DNA of 16,591 nucleotides from Alphaproteobacteria bacterium (GTDB lineage: Bacteria > Pseudomonadota > Alphaproteobacteria > UBA6615): contig CBDHEC010000006.1 in the NCBI GenBank assembly GCA_965261975.1, positions 1 through 16,591 on the forward strand. The letters are read 5' to 3'. The translations under genes were made by a program, and so were the position numbers. The notes under the pieces were generated by a model. The model had not been told where the DNA came from. It worked only from the letters and a program-made list of their open reading frames with translations, and ran no database searches. Shown piece by piece: positions 1 to 8,350 of the stretch. The stretch's first letter is position 1. Each line of letters starts with the position of its first letter.

Positions 1-1006
1 CAAGATCGACCAGGCCTTGCCGGTGTCGAGACGCGCGGCAGGCCAGGCGCCCTCCAAGCTCGGCCTCAAGGTCGGCCAGACCATCACCGTCAGAAATGCG
101 ATCGGCGCGCTTTCGGTAAAGTCGGCCAACGATGTCGCCACCGTGGTCGCCGAAGCGATCGGCGGGACGGAAATCAAGTTTGCCCAGATGATGACAAAAC
201 GGGCACGCGAGATCGGCATGCGCCGGACGACCTTCAAGAACGCATCGGGCCTGCCCAACCGCGGCCAGCTCAGTACCGCCCGGGACATGGCCATCCTCGG
301 CCGGGAGATGCTTGTCCGGTTTCCCGACCACTATGAGCACTTCTCCGACCTCACCTTCCGATACGGCAAGCGGACCTACAGCAATCACAACAAGCTGCTG
401 AAGACCTATGCGGGCATGGATGGCATCAAGACCGGATACATCCGCGCCTCGGGCTTCAACCTGGTCGCGTCGGCAGAACGCAATGGCGTGCGCCTCATCG
501 GCGTTGTCTTCGGCGGCAAGACGGGCCAATCGCGCGACACGCACATGGCCTCCCTGCTGAACCGCGCCTGGGGCCGTGCACAAGCTCATTCCACCTATGC
601 TGCCCTACCGGTGCCGAAACCCGCGATCCCGGGGCAAACGCCGACTACCGCCGCGCCGCGCCTGGCACTCACGCAGGTCCCGTCAACTGGACCCACGCCG
701 GGGAGCATTCGCGACACCAGTGGCGGTTTGCTCGATTGGGGGGTCCAGGTCGGTGCCTTCAAAGGCTATAGCCGCGCCCATCTGGCCGCCGGCCAGGTCT
801 CACAGCGACTGCGCGGCCTGCCCGCGACGGCGACCATCGAAATCCTGCCGCTGGACACCAAGGGGACAACCCTGTTCAGGGCCCGAATCGTCGGCATGCA
901 GGAAGACATCGCGCGCAATGTCTGCCGGCAATTGCGAAGCTCCGGCTCCGCCTGTGCGATGGTCACGCCGAACGGCAACATTCAGCTGGCCCAGGCTTCC
1001 AGATAG
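1..1006 (+). CDS. D-alanyl-D-alanine carboxypeptidase (peptidase S11, low-MW PBP) with C-terminal SPOR domain; 5'-truncated by the window edge
   Basis: Frame is open from nt 2 (KIDQALPVS...). PBP motifs SxN (KSAND) and KTG (DGIKTGYIRASGFNL), plus FKNASGLP and STARD. A Pro/Thr linker leads to SPOR-like WGVQVGAF...FRARIVG...C..L. The catalytic SxxK motif must lie upstream of the window. Confidence 0.93.
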   Translation, partial: KIDQALPVSRRAAGQAPSKLGLKVGQTITVRNAIGALSVKSANDVATVVAEAIGGTEIKFAQMMTKRAREIGMRRTTFKNASGLPNRGQLSTARDMAILGREMLVRFPDHYEHFSDLTFRYGKRTYSNHNKLLKTYAGMDGIKTGYIRASGFNLVASAERNGVRLIGVVFGGKTGQSRDTHMASLLNRAWGRAQAHSTYAALPVPKPAIPGQTPTTAAPRLALTQVPSTGPTPGSIRDTSGGLLDWGVQVGAFKGYSRAHLAAGQVSQRLRGLPATATIEILPLDTKGTTLFRARIVGMQEDIARNVCRQLRSSGSACAMVTPNGNIQLAQASR

Positions 1007-1027
1007 CGCGGTCTGTTGTAGAGTCGG

Positions 1028-2149
1028 CTATTCCGCGGCTTTCGAACCGGCGATGGCAGCATTGACCCGCGGCATGACCTCTTCGGCCATCAACTGCATG
1101 GACCGCCGGGATAGTTTCTCGTCCACCCAATCGGTACCGGCATAGACCAGTTCGCCGAAATCACCCGTGATCTCACGCAAAGCGAGGATCTGGTCGACCA
1201 CGTCATTGACGGTACCGCAAATAACCAGATCGTCCAGAATGCGTTCGAACGTTATTGCCTCTTCCGGCTCGTCGCGATCATGCGCGAACACTCTATGGCG
1301 GTTCGAGCGCTTAAGCTTCTTGTAGAGCTGGCTGTAATAGAAGCGGTACGGGCTGTTCGCGTCGTCTTTGCCGTAGCTCTTCGCGGTCGCATCGTCATCG
1401 GCGACAAACAATGTCCGCGCGACACGCCAATCCGCCGGATCGGCGACCTCACCGGCGCTCTCCTTGCCCTGCTGGTAGTTGGCCCAGTGTGTTGCTGCCC
1501 ATTTATCGATCAGGAAATTTGCCGACAGGGGATGGAAATCCCGTGCCCCCATGGCGATGACACCCTTGGAGTATGGCGCCACCACCGTCCCGACAATCTC
1601 GGGCCGGGGTTGCTGATAGGGTTTCGGCATGATTCCGACACCGACTTCCTCGAAGAGCGAGACCTCCGTCGAGACCTTGAACCGGTTGTCCGGCAGATCG
1701 ATGTTGTAGGGCGGATCACGTTCCCAGATTTCCAGGATAACATCGATGGCTTCGGCGAAAATCTGGTTCCGATCCTCGTCGATCATCCCCAGCGCTTCCG
1801 CATCGGACCGCAACGCGCCCGCGCTGATCCCCAGAATAAACCGACCCTCCGCAAGGTGGTCGAACATGGCCGCATGGGTCGCAACCAGAACCGGGTGCAT
1901 GTGGGACAGGTTGGTGGTGCCGGTCGCAAGTTTGATTTGTTTGGTCGAGTGAATGAGCGTCGCGTGGAACATCATCGAGTTGGTGATGCTCTCCGCCTTG
2001 TCGGTCAGATGTTCCCCGATGAACGCGTCGTTGAACCCCAACTCATCGCAGAGAATGACCGCCTCTCGGTCTTCACGGAGCACCTGGGTGTAGTCGCGAT
2101 GCAGCGGGTGCACCGGCATGGCGAAGTAGCCTAGTTTGATCGCTGTCAT
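1028..2149 (-). CDS. LLM-class (bacterial luciferase-like) flavin-dependent monooxygenase
   Basis: KLGYFAMPVHP...ELGFNDAFIGEH, IKLATG, FDHLAEGRFILGISAG, PKPYQQPRP and ICGTVNDVVDQI are typical of the luciferase-like family. Start moved to ATG 2149, preceded by AGGT, instead of TTG 2182. Confidence 0.9.
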   Translation of the reverse strand: MTAIKLGYFAMPVHPLHRDYTQVLREDREAVILCDELGFNDAFIGEHLTDKAESITNSMMFHATLIHSTKQIKLATGTTNLSHMHPVLVATHAAMFDHLAEGRFILGISAGALRSDAEALGMIDEDRNQIFAEAIDVILEIWERDPPYNIDLPDNRFKVSTEVSLFEEVGVGIMPKPYQQPRPEIVGTVVAPYSKGVIAMGARDFHPLSANFLIDKWAATHWANYQQGKESAGEVADPADWRVARTLFVADDDATAKSYGKDDANSPYRFYYSQLYKKLKRSNRHRVFAHDRDEPEEAITFERILDDLVICGTVNDVVDQILALREITGDFGELVYAGTDWVDEKLSRRSMQLMAEEVMPRVNAAIAGSKAAE

Positions 2150-2251
2150 TTTTACTACCTGAGTGGGTCGACGCGTATTCAATCAGAACAGCGTATGCAC
2201 TCACCACGCTTGCCGCGATCCGAAATGCGATCACGGTCTCGACAGATGAGC

Positions 2252-2286
2252 AGAATAGAAAGGGGCGAAAACCGCCTGAAACCCTC
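2252..2286 (-). terminator. Possible weak intrinsic terminator after pgmG
   Basis: Minus strand reads GAGGGTTTCA-GGCG-GTTTT-CGCC-CCTTTCTATTCT: a short GC stem with a pyrimidine/U-rich tail just after the pgmG stop. Confidence 0.3.
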
Positions 2287-2290
2287 GCAA

Positions 2291-3676
2291 TCAGAGGTCT
2301 GCGGGCGCCTCGATACCGCTCGCCGCGAGTTGCTCGGATAAGTCTTGTTTCAATCGGGCAAGGCCTGATTCGTCACTGGCCTCGCAGCGGGCCACCAGAA
2401 CATCCTGCGTGTTCGATGCCCGAAGCAGCCACCAGCCATCTGGTGTGCTGACGCGAACGCCGTCGATACCCGACACATCCGCACCGGCATCGGACAAGCG
2501 TGCCTCGACTTCGCCGATCACGGCGAACTTGCGGTCTTCCGAACAGGGGAAGCGCAGTTCGGGCGTATTACAGACGACGGGCAGCCTGTCGAGAAGCTCG
2601 GCAAGGGTCTCTCCCTTGCGTTCCAGCAGCGACAAGAGCCGGACGGCGGCATACAGGCCGTCGTCGAAACCGAAATATCGGTCGGCAAAGAAGATATGCC
2701 CGCTCATCTCTCCGGCCAGCGGCGCAGATGTTTCCGCCATCTTCGATTTGATCAGCGAATGTCCGGTCTTCCACATCACCGGCTCGCCGCCATGCCGCGC
2801 GATCTCGTCGAACAGAACCTGGCTCGATTTCACGTCGGCGATAATCGTCGCCCCCGGACTGTCGCTTAAGACATCCTCGGCGAACAGCATCATGAGCTGG
2901 TCGGCCCAAAGGATGCGTCCCTTCCCGTCAATCACGCCGATACGGTCGGCATCTCCATCGAACGCAATGCCCAGTTCGCAATCATGTTCGGCAACATGGT
3001 TTTGCAGATCGACCAGATTTGCCGCCACGGTCGGGTCCGGGTGATGTCCGGGAAAGGTGCCGTCGACGATTCCGTTGACCACATGGTGATGGCCGGGCAT
3101 GCGCGAGCAGAGCATGTTGAGGACTTCCCCGCCCGCACCGTTGCCCGGATCCCACGCGATCCGCGCCATGCGCATCGGCTGATGTTCTTGCGCCAAAACC
3201 GCGACATAGTCTTCGCGGACGTCGATATCCTCGACGCTGCCCTTGCCTTCGGCATACGCGGCGGTGCCGGCAATCGAACCGAGCCGCTGGATGTCGTCGC
3301 CGAAGAACGGCTTGCCGGCCAGCGTCATCTTGAACCCGTTATAGTCTGCCGGGTTGTGGCTTCCCGTCACCATCAGGCCCGAACCTGTTTCGAGGTGGCG
3401 GATCGCAAAGGACAACATCGGGGTCGGCCCCATGTTGATCCGCTTCACCGAGAGCCCGCAGGCCATGAGGCCGTCGAGAACCGCTTCCGCCAGTTCAGGT
3501 GATGTCAGGCGTCCATCGAAGCCCAGTGCAACCTGATCGCCACCCTTCTCGACCACGCAGGTGCCGAAACTGCGGCCGACCGCATAGGCGTCTTTTGAGG
3601 TCAGTGTATCGCCGACGACGCCGCGAATATCATACTCACGCAGAATCGTGGGATCGAACGAATGGGTCTCCGCCAT
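2291..3676 (-). CDS. pgmG: Phosphomannomutase/phosphoglucomutase (AlgC/PgmG type)
   Basis: REYDIRG N-terminus, phosphoserine loop TGSHNP, metal loop FDGDADR, sugar-binding GEMSGH and C-terminal LRASNT. Confidence 0.95.
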   Translation of the reverse strand: MAETHSFDPTILREYDIRGVVGDTLTSKDAYAVGRSFGTCVVEKGGDQVALGFDGRLTSPELAEAVLDGLMACGLSVKRINMGPTPMLSFAIRHLETGSGLMVTGSHNPADYNGFKMTLAGKPFFGDDIQRLGSIAGTAAYAEGKGSVEDIDVREDYVAVLAQEHQPMRMARIAWDPGNGAGGEVLNMLCSRMPGHHHVVNGIVDGTFPGHHPDPTVAANLVDLQNHVAEHDCELGIAFDGDADRIGVIDGKGRILWADQLMMLFAEDVLSDSPGATIIADVKSSQVLFDEIARHGGEPVMWKTGHSLIKSKMAETSAPLAGEMSGHIFFADRYFGFDDGLYAAVRLLSLLERKGETLAELLDRLPVVCNTPELRFPCSEDRKFAVIGEVEARLSDAGADVSGIDGVRVSTPDGWWLLRASNTQDVLVARCEASDESGLARLKQDLSEQLAASGIEAPADL

Positions 3677-3685
3677 GCGGAACCT

Positions 3686-5008
3686 CTAGCTTGCTGGAGT
3701 AACGGAGGCGCGGCCCACAGATGTGTAGTGGAAACCGGCAGCGGCCATCTCTTCGGGACGGTAGATGTTCCGAAGGTCGACCATGATGGGCTGTTTCAAA
3801 AGTGATTCCATGCGCGCCAAATCAAGGCCGCGGAACTCATTCCACTCGGTCAGAATCGCGACCGCATCCGCGCCATCCATGGCGTCATAGGCATCCTCGC
3901 ACCAGACCGGGCCGTCCATCAGTTTGCGCGCCTCGTCCATGCCCACCGGGTCAAAGACGCGCACCGTCGCCCCCGCCTCGATCAACCGGGGCACGATGAC
4001 CAAGCTCGGCGATTCGCGCATGTCGTCAGTGTTCGGTTTAAAGGTCAGCCCGAGGACGGCAAGGGTCTTGCCCTGAACATCGCCGCCGCACGCGGCAATG
4101 ATCTTGCGGGCCATCGCCTCCTTGCGCTCGGCGTTCACGGCCACGACCTGCTCGACAATCGTGATGGGGGCCTCGGCATCCTGTGCGGAGCGCACCAGCG
4201 CCTCTGTATCCTTGGGGAAGCACGAGCCGCCATAGCCCGGGCCAGCATGCAGAAACTTGCCGCCGATCCGGCCATCGAGGCCGATTCCCTTGGCCAGTTC
4301 CTGCACATCCGCGCCGACTTTCTCACACAAATCAGCGAATTCATTGATGAAGGTGATCTTCGTCGCCAGGAAGGTGTTGGCGGCGTATTTGATCAATTCC
4401 GCCGTCTCCAGGCTCGTCTGGATGATCGGCGTGTCGCGGAGGAACAACGGGCGATACATGCTTGCCACGGTTTCGCGCGCGCGATCCGTATCGGCACCGA
4501 TCACCACCCGGTCGGGGCGCATGAAATCCTCGATCGCGGAACCCTCGCGCAGAAACTCCGGGTTCGACGCAATATCGATATCGGCATCCGGTGCTGCGGC
4601 ACGAATGCGTTTCAGCACTTCGCGGCCGGTGCCGACCGGTACCGTCGACTTGGTCACCACCACGGTGTAGCCATCGGCGTTCCGGGCGATATCTTCGGCT
4701 GCCTGGAACACATAGCTCAGGTCGGCATGACCATCGCCACGGCGCGATGGAGTCCCTACCGCAATAAACACCGCGTCGGCACCCGACACCGCCGACGCCA
4801 GATCGGTGGTAAAGCTCAGCCGGCCTCCCGACACGTTGCGTGCGACCAGATCATCGAGCCGGGGCTCGTAGATCGGCATCTCGCCCGCCTCGAGCATCTT
4901 GATCTTGTCCGCATCCAGATCGACACAGACCACATCCCAGCCAAACTCCGAAAAACAGGCGCCCGACACCAGGCCGACATACCCTGTCCCCACCATCGCT
5001 ATCTTCAT
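3686..5008 (-). CDS. ugd: UDP-glucose 6-dehydrogenase
   Basis: Rossmann GTGYVG, KSTVPVGT, NPEFLREG, catalytic GYGGSCFPKD and FKPNTDDMRES. Start overlaps the galU stop (ATGA). Confidence 0.96.
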   Translation of the reverse strand: MKIAMVGTGYVGLVSGACFSEFGWDVVCVDLDADKIKMLEAGEMPIYEPRLDDLVARNVSGGRLSFTTDLASAVSGADAVFIAVGTPSRRGDGHADLSYVFQAAEDIARNADGYTVVVTKSTVPVGTGREVLKRIRAAAPDADIDIASNPEFLREGSAIEDFMRPDRVVIGADTDRARETVASMYRPLFLRDTPIIQTSLETAELIKYAANTFLATKITFINEFADLCEKVGADVQELAKGIGLDGRIGGKFLHAGPGYGGSCFPKDTEALVRSAQDAEAPITIVEQVVAVNAERKEAMARKIIAACGGDVQGKTLAVLGLTFKPNTDDMRESPSLVIVPRLIEAGATVRVFDPVGMDEARKLMDGPVWCEDAYDAMDGADAVAILTEWNEFRGLDLARMESLLKQPIMVDLRNIYRPEEMAAAGFHYTSVGRASVTPAS

Positions 5009-5886
5009 TTGGACATCTCTCCCATGCGGGCCAGCATCTCGCGTGTGCCCGGGCCCAGATCATCGCGCGCGAGTGCGAATGCCATATTCGCCTCCAGGAA
5101 TCCGAGCTTGTCGCCGCAATCGAACCGGCGCCCCTCAAAGGCGAGACCGTGGAAGGGCTGTCGCCCGATCAGCTTGGCCATCGCATCGGTGAGCTGGATT
5201 TCGCCGCCCGCACCCGTCTCGCGACGTTCGAGCTCCGTGAAAACTTCCGGCGTCAGGATGTAGCGGCCAATGACGGCCAGGTTGGATGGCGCGCTGCCTT
5301 GTGCCGGTTTCTCGACCAATCCCGTCACCGGGCGGATACGGCCTTCGGCGCCGCCGGAATCGATGATCCCGTAGCGAGAGGTATGTTCGTCGGGCACTTC
5401 CATCGCCGCGATGACATTGCCACCCGCGGTATCGAAAACATCGACCATTTGGCGCAAACAAGGCGTCTCGGCCTGAATCAAATCGTCGGCCAGCAGCACG
5501 GCAAACGGCTCGTTTCCGACGAGGTGTCGCGCACACCAGACCGCATGACCGAGGCCAAGCGGTTCCTGCTGGCGGACATATGCGATGTTGCCCGGCTCGA
5601 GGAGCGCGCCGTGAATATCGTCGAGCTCGTCATTCTTGCCCTTGGCCCCCAACAGGGCCTCGAGTTCGATGCTGCGATCGAAATGATCCTCGATCGCGCT
5701 TTTGCCCCGACCGGTCACGAAGATGAATTGCTCGATACCCGCCGCTCGCGCTTCATCCACGGCATATTGAATCAGCGGCCGGTCGACGACCGGCAGCATC
5801 TCTTTGGGCATAGCCTTGGTTGCAGGTAAAAACCTGGTTCCCATGCCACCCACGGGGAATATCGCCTTGCGGACGCGATTGGTCAT
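5005..5886 (-). CDS. galU: UTP--glucose-1-phosphate uridylyltransferase
   Basis: GGMGTRFLPATKAMPKEMLP, RQQEPLGLGHAV, VEKP and GEIQLTDA motifs. Confidence 0.97.
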   Translation of the reverse strand: MTNRVRKAIFPVGGMGTRFLPATKAMPKEMLPVVDRPLIQYAVDEARAAGIEQFIFVTGRGKSAIEDHFDRSIELEALLGAKGKNDELDDIHGALLEPGNIAYVRQQEPLGLGHAVWCARHLVGNEPFAVLLADDLIQAETPCLRQMVDVFDTAGGNVIAAMEVPDEHTSRYGIIDSGGAEGRIRPVTGLVEKPAQGSAPSNLAVIGRYILTPEVFTELERRETGAGGEIQLTDAMAKLIGRQPFHGLAFEGRRFDCGDKLGFLEANMAFALARDDLGPGTREMLARMGEMSK

Positions 5887-5974
5887 GAAAAGGGCCGGAA
5901 ATCTGTTTACCGAGCGCCATCAAGCGCATGGGCGACTTTTGCCATAGCGCCGGGATACCCGCAAGCGTACATGG

Positions 5975-6715
5975 TTACCGCCCGAGCAGCGTATCCTTGG
6001 CCTGATTGACCTTCGCGGCCATCCAGTCGGAACCGCCCTGGTCGGGGTGCGCGCGCTTCATTTCGGTTCGATAGGCCGCCTCGATGTCGGATTCCGTGGC
6101 ATTTTCGTCCACGCCGAGTATTTCACGGGCCTCGGCCTCGCTCATGCCCGTCTGAGTCCAGGGGCTGGCACCACCGCCGGAACCGGTGTCCGAATCGCGT
6201 GCACCGGAAGCCGCTTCCCCCCCGGCGACGTCGCGCCAGTCAGGGTGATTTCGATCCATATAGCTCTCAAGCACGCTTCGGGACTGCTCATCCTCGACCG
6301 CACAAAGCCGCCAGAGTTCGACCAGTTCACCGAGTTTCAAAGCCGAGAGCTTCCGCCCCGAAAGCGGTCCTTCCAGGACCTCGCCGTCCATGTCGCCCGT
6401 ATCGTGATCGAGCGTCATGCGCAGAAACCGTGTTTCGACCTTGCTCGACTGTCCCGCCCGCGGTCCGCGCGCATTCCGGCGCATCGCATTGATCGCACCC
6501 AGGCGCATCAGGAACGGAAGGGCGGGGAACAGTAACGCCCAGATGAAGTTCCAACGTCCCGACAGGGCAATCGCGATCACGCCGGCAATGAGCAAGATTG
6601 CGCCCGTCCAGCGCATGGCGCGAAGAATTTGCGCTGGTTGCGCACTGACAAACCACCGCGCGACAAAATACAGACCCACCAGGACGAAGATTGCGAGTAC
6701 GAGTAGAGGCAACAT
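5975..6715 (-). CDS. Membrane-anchored J-domain (DnaJ-like) co-chaperone with C-terminal J domain
   Basis: Two to three N-terminal hydrophobic helices. C-terminus MSEAEAREILGV...AHPDQGGSDWMAAKVNQAKDTLL carries an intact HPD motif. Confidence 0.9.
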   Translation of the reverse strand: MLPLLVLAIFVLVGLYFVARWFVSAQPAQILRAMRWTGAILLIAGVIAIALSGRWNFIWALLFPALPFLMRLGAINAMRRNARGPRAGQSSKVETRFLRMTLDHDTGDMDGEVLEGPLSGRKLSALKLGELVELWRLCAVEDEQSRSVLESYMDRNHPDWRDVAGGEAASGARDSDTGSGGGASPWTQTGMSEAEAREILGVDENATESDIEAAYRTEMKRAHPDQGGSDWMAAKVNQAKDTLLGR

Positions 6716-6724
6716 CGATCGATC

Positions 6725-7447
6725 CTATTTCCCGCCGCCCATCTGGTCGGCAATCTGGAGCACCCGGCCGCCCTTGCGTTTCCCGAGATCTTCGAGCGCA
6801 CGGCGCCCTCCGGCAGAGAAGACCGCCACCGCGGCAAGCAGCTCCCGCAGCTGCTGAGCGCTGCCCGCGTCGAACCCGCAATACGCACCGCCCGAGAGCT
6901 TGGCGATCTGCTCGAACGCGCGACGCGAGACTGGCTCTCCGCCTTCGTGAAAGACAAAAACCGGTGTTCCCACCAGGCCAAGCTGGCCGGCGAAATGCCC
7001 CAGTTCGTCGATGTCTTCCTCCACCACGTCGCCGACAAACACGAGTGCATCGACCTTTTGCGCGTTGGTTTCCTTCAGCGCATGGCGCAGGAGTTTGCGG
7101 ATCTGGGTACGCCCAGCGAGACAGCGCACCTTGATCATGCGGCGCACCAGTTCTTCGGGCGATTCAAGCCAGCTGGTCACTTTCATCTCGCCAAAACCGC
7201 GGTAGAAGGCCAGCTGTACCTCCAACCCGCCGATGTTGTCGGTCGAGGCAAACATCTCGGATTGGATCTGGCACGCCATGTCCCAGGTAGGCTCGCGACT
7301 GGCTGTGGCATCGATCGCAAACAGCAGACGGCCACGACGGCCGGCCGGCTTGGTCGGCGGCGTGGCCGCGACCTTCTGCAAAAACGCATCGATGTCCGCA
7401 CGCGACGATGCGTCGGCGGGAAGTTTTCGGATCGCGTTCAGAACCAC
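6725..7447 (-). CDS. von Willebrand factor A (vWA) domain protein; start uncertain
   Basis: LLFAIDATASR (MIDAS-like DxTxS), GRTQI, ALVFVGD, PVFVF and IAKLSGGAY follow vWA strand/helix order. Confidence 0.8.
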   Translation of the reverse strand: MVLNAIRKLPADASSRADIDAFLQKVAATPPTKPAGRRGRLLFAIDATASREPTWDMACQIQSEMFASTDNIGGLEVQLAFYRGFGEMKVTSWLESPEELVRRMIKVRCLAGRTQIRKLLRHALKETNAQKVDALVFVGDVVEEDIDELGHFAGQLGLVGTPVFVFHEGGEPVSRRAFEQIAKLSGGAYCGFDAGSAQQLRELLAAVAVFSAGGRRALEDLGKRKGGRVLQIADQMGGGK

Positions 7448-7465
7448 TCACGAAGCCACCAACTC

Positions 7466-8350
7466 CTATTTCGTTGCCACAACATCTGGTGCCTCGACCA
7501 CCTCGGGCACCCCGATCGCTTGCAACAGGTTCCGAACCTCCTGCAACGCGGCCATGTGGGACATGGTCAATGTGACATCGGCCCCCTCCTCTCGAACGTC
7601 AAGGAGGGTAAGCCCTTTCAGGAACAATTCGCGGAAAATCACCCGTTCGCTGAAACCGTGTGCGAGCCGAAAACCGAGCCGCCGGGCGAGGCCTTCCAGG
7701 GCGGCATCCATGTTGCGCTTGTTCTTCGTGTCCAGCGAGGCCAGCCGGTTGCGCATCACGATCCAGTCGATCGTGCCGCCATCGCGCTGGGCGCGCACCT
7801 TCTTCTGTTCCCAGACCATCTCTGAATAGGAACTCAGCTGAACAACCTCGTTGGTTTCGTGATCGACCCGACCCAGGAGATCCAAATCGACGAAGCTGTC
7901 ATTCATGGGGGTGACCAGGATGTCGGCATAGGAGTGCGCGTTGCGCGAAAGCGGGTTGTCGCTGCCGGGGGTGTCCAGGACGATCACATCGCTGGTCGCG
8001 CTCAACTCGCGCAACGTTTCGGCGAGCCGCAGGCGGTCATTCTTCTTGGCCGCGTAGCTATCGGGTAGATCGCTGAGACCGATCGCCCTGTAGGTGGGGT
8101 GTGGGAGCTGCAACCCCATTTTTGCGGCGTAGACCCGGCGGTTGTCGAAATAGCGGGCAAGTGTGCCCTGCCGCGCATCCAGATCAACCGCGCCGACCGT
8201 GTAGCCTTCGCGAAGGAGGCCGACGATGATGTGCATCGCCGTCGTGGACTTGCCGGTTCCACCCTTTTCGTTGCCGAGCACGATCACGGTCGCATCCACA
8301 CCGGGCTGATTCCCGACCCGCGGCGGTGCGCTTGTTTCCTCCGTCGTCAT
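7466..8350 (-). CDS. mipZ: Division-plane positioning ATPase MipZ (ParA/MinD family)
   Basis: Deviant Walker A GNEKGGTGKST, DLDARQ, DTPGSD, TPMNDSFVDLDLL, DWIVMRNRL and ERVIFRELFLKGLTLLD are characteristic of MipZ. Confidence 0.93.
   Translation of the reverse strand: MTTEETSAPPRVGNQPGVDATVIVLGNEKGGTGKSTTAMHIIVGLLREGYTVGAVDLDARQGTLARYFDNRRVYAAKMGLQLPHPTYRAIGLSDLPDSYAAKKNDRLRLAETLRELSATSDVIVLDTPGSDNPLSRNAHSYADILVTPMNDSFVDLDLLGRVDHETNEVVQLSSYSEMVWEQKKVRAQRDGGTIDWIVMRNRLASLDTKNKRNMDAALEGLARRLGFRLAHGFSERVIFRELFLKGLTLLDVREEGADVTLTMSHMAALQEVRNLLQAIGVPEVVEAPDVVATK

Noticed and set aside
5941-5965. TTGCGG...GCTATGGC promoter-like sequence upstream of galU
   Set aside because: The spacer is about 12 nt, too short for a sigma70 promoter.
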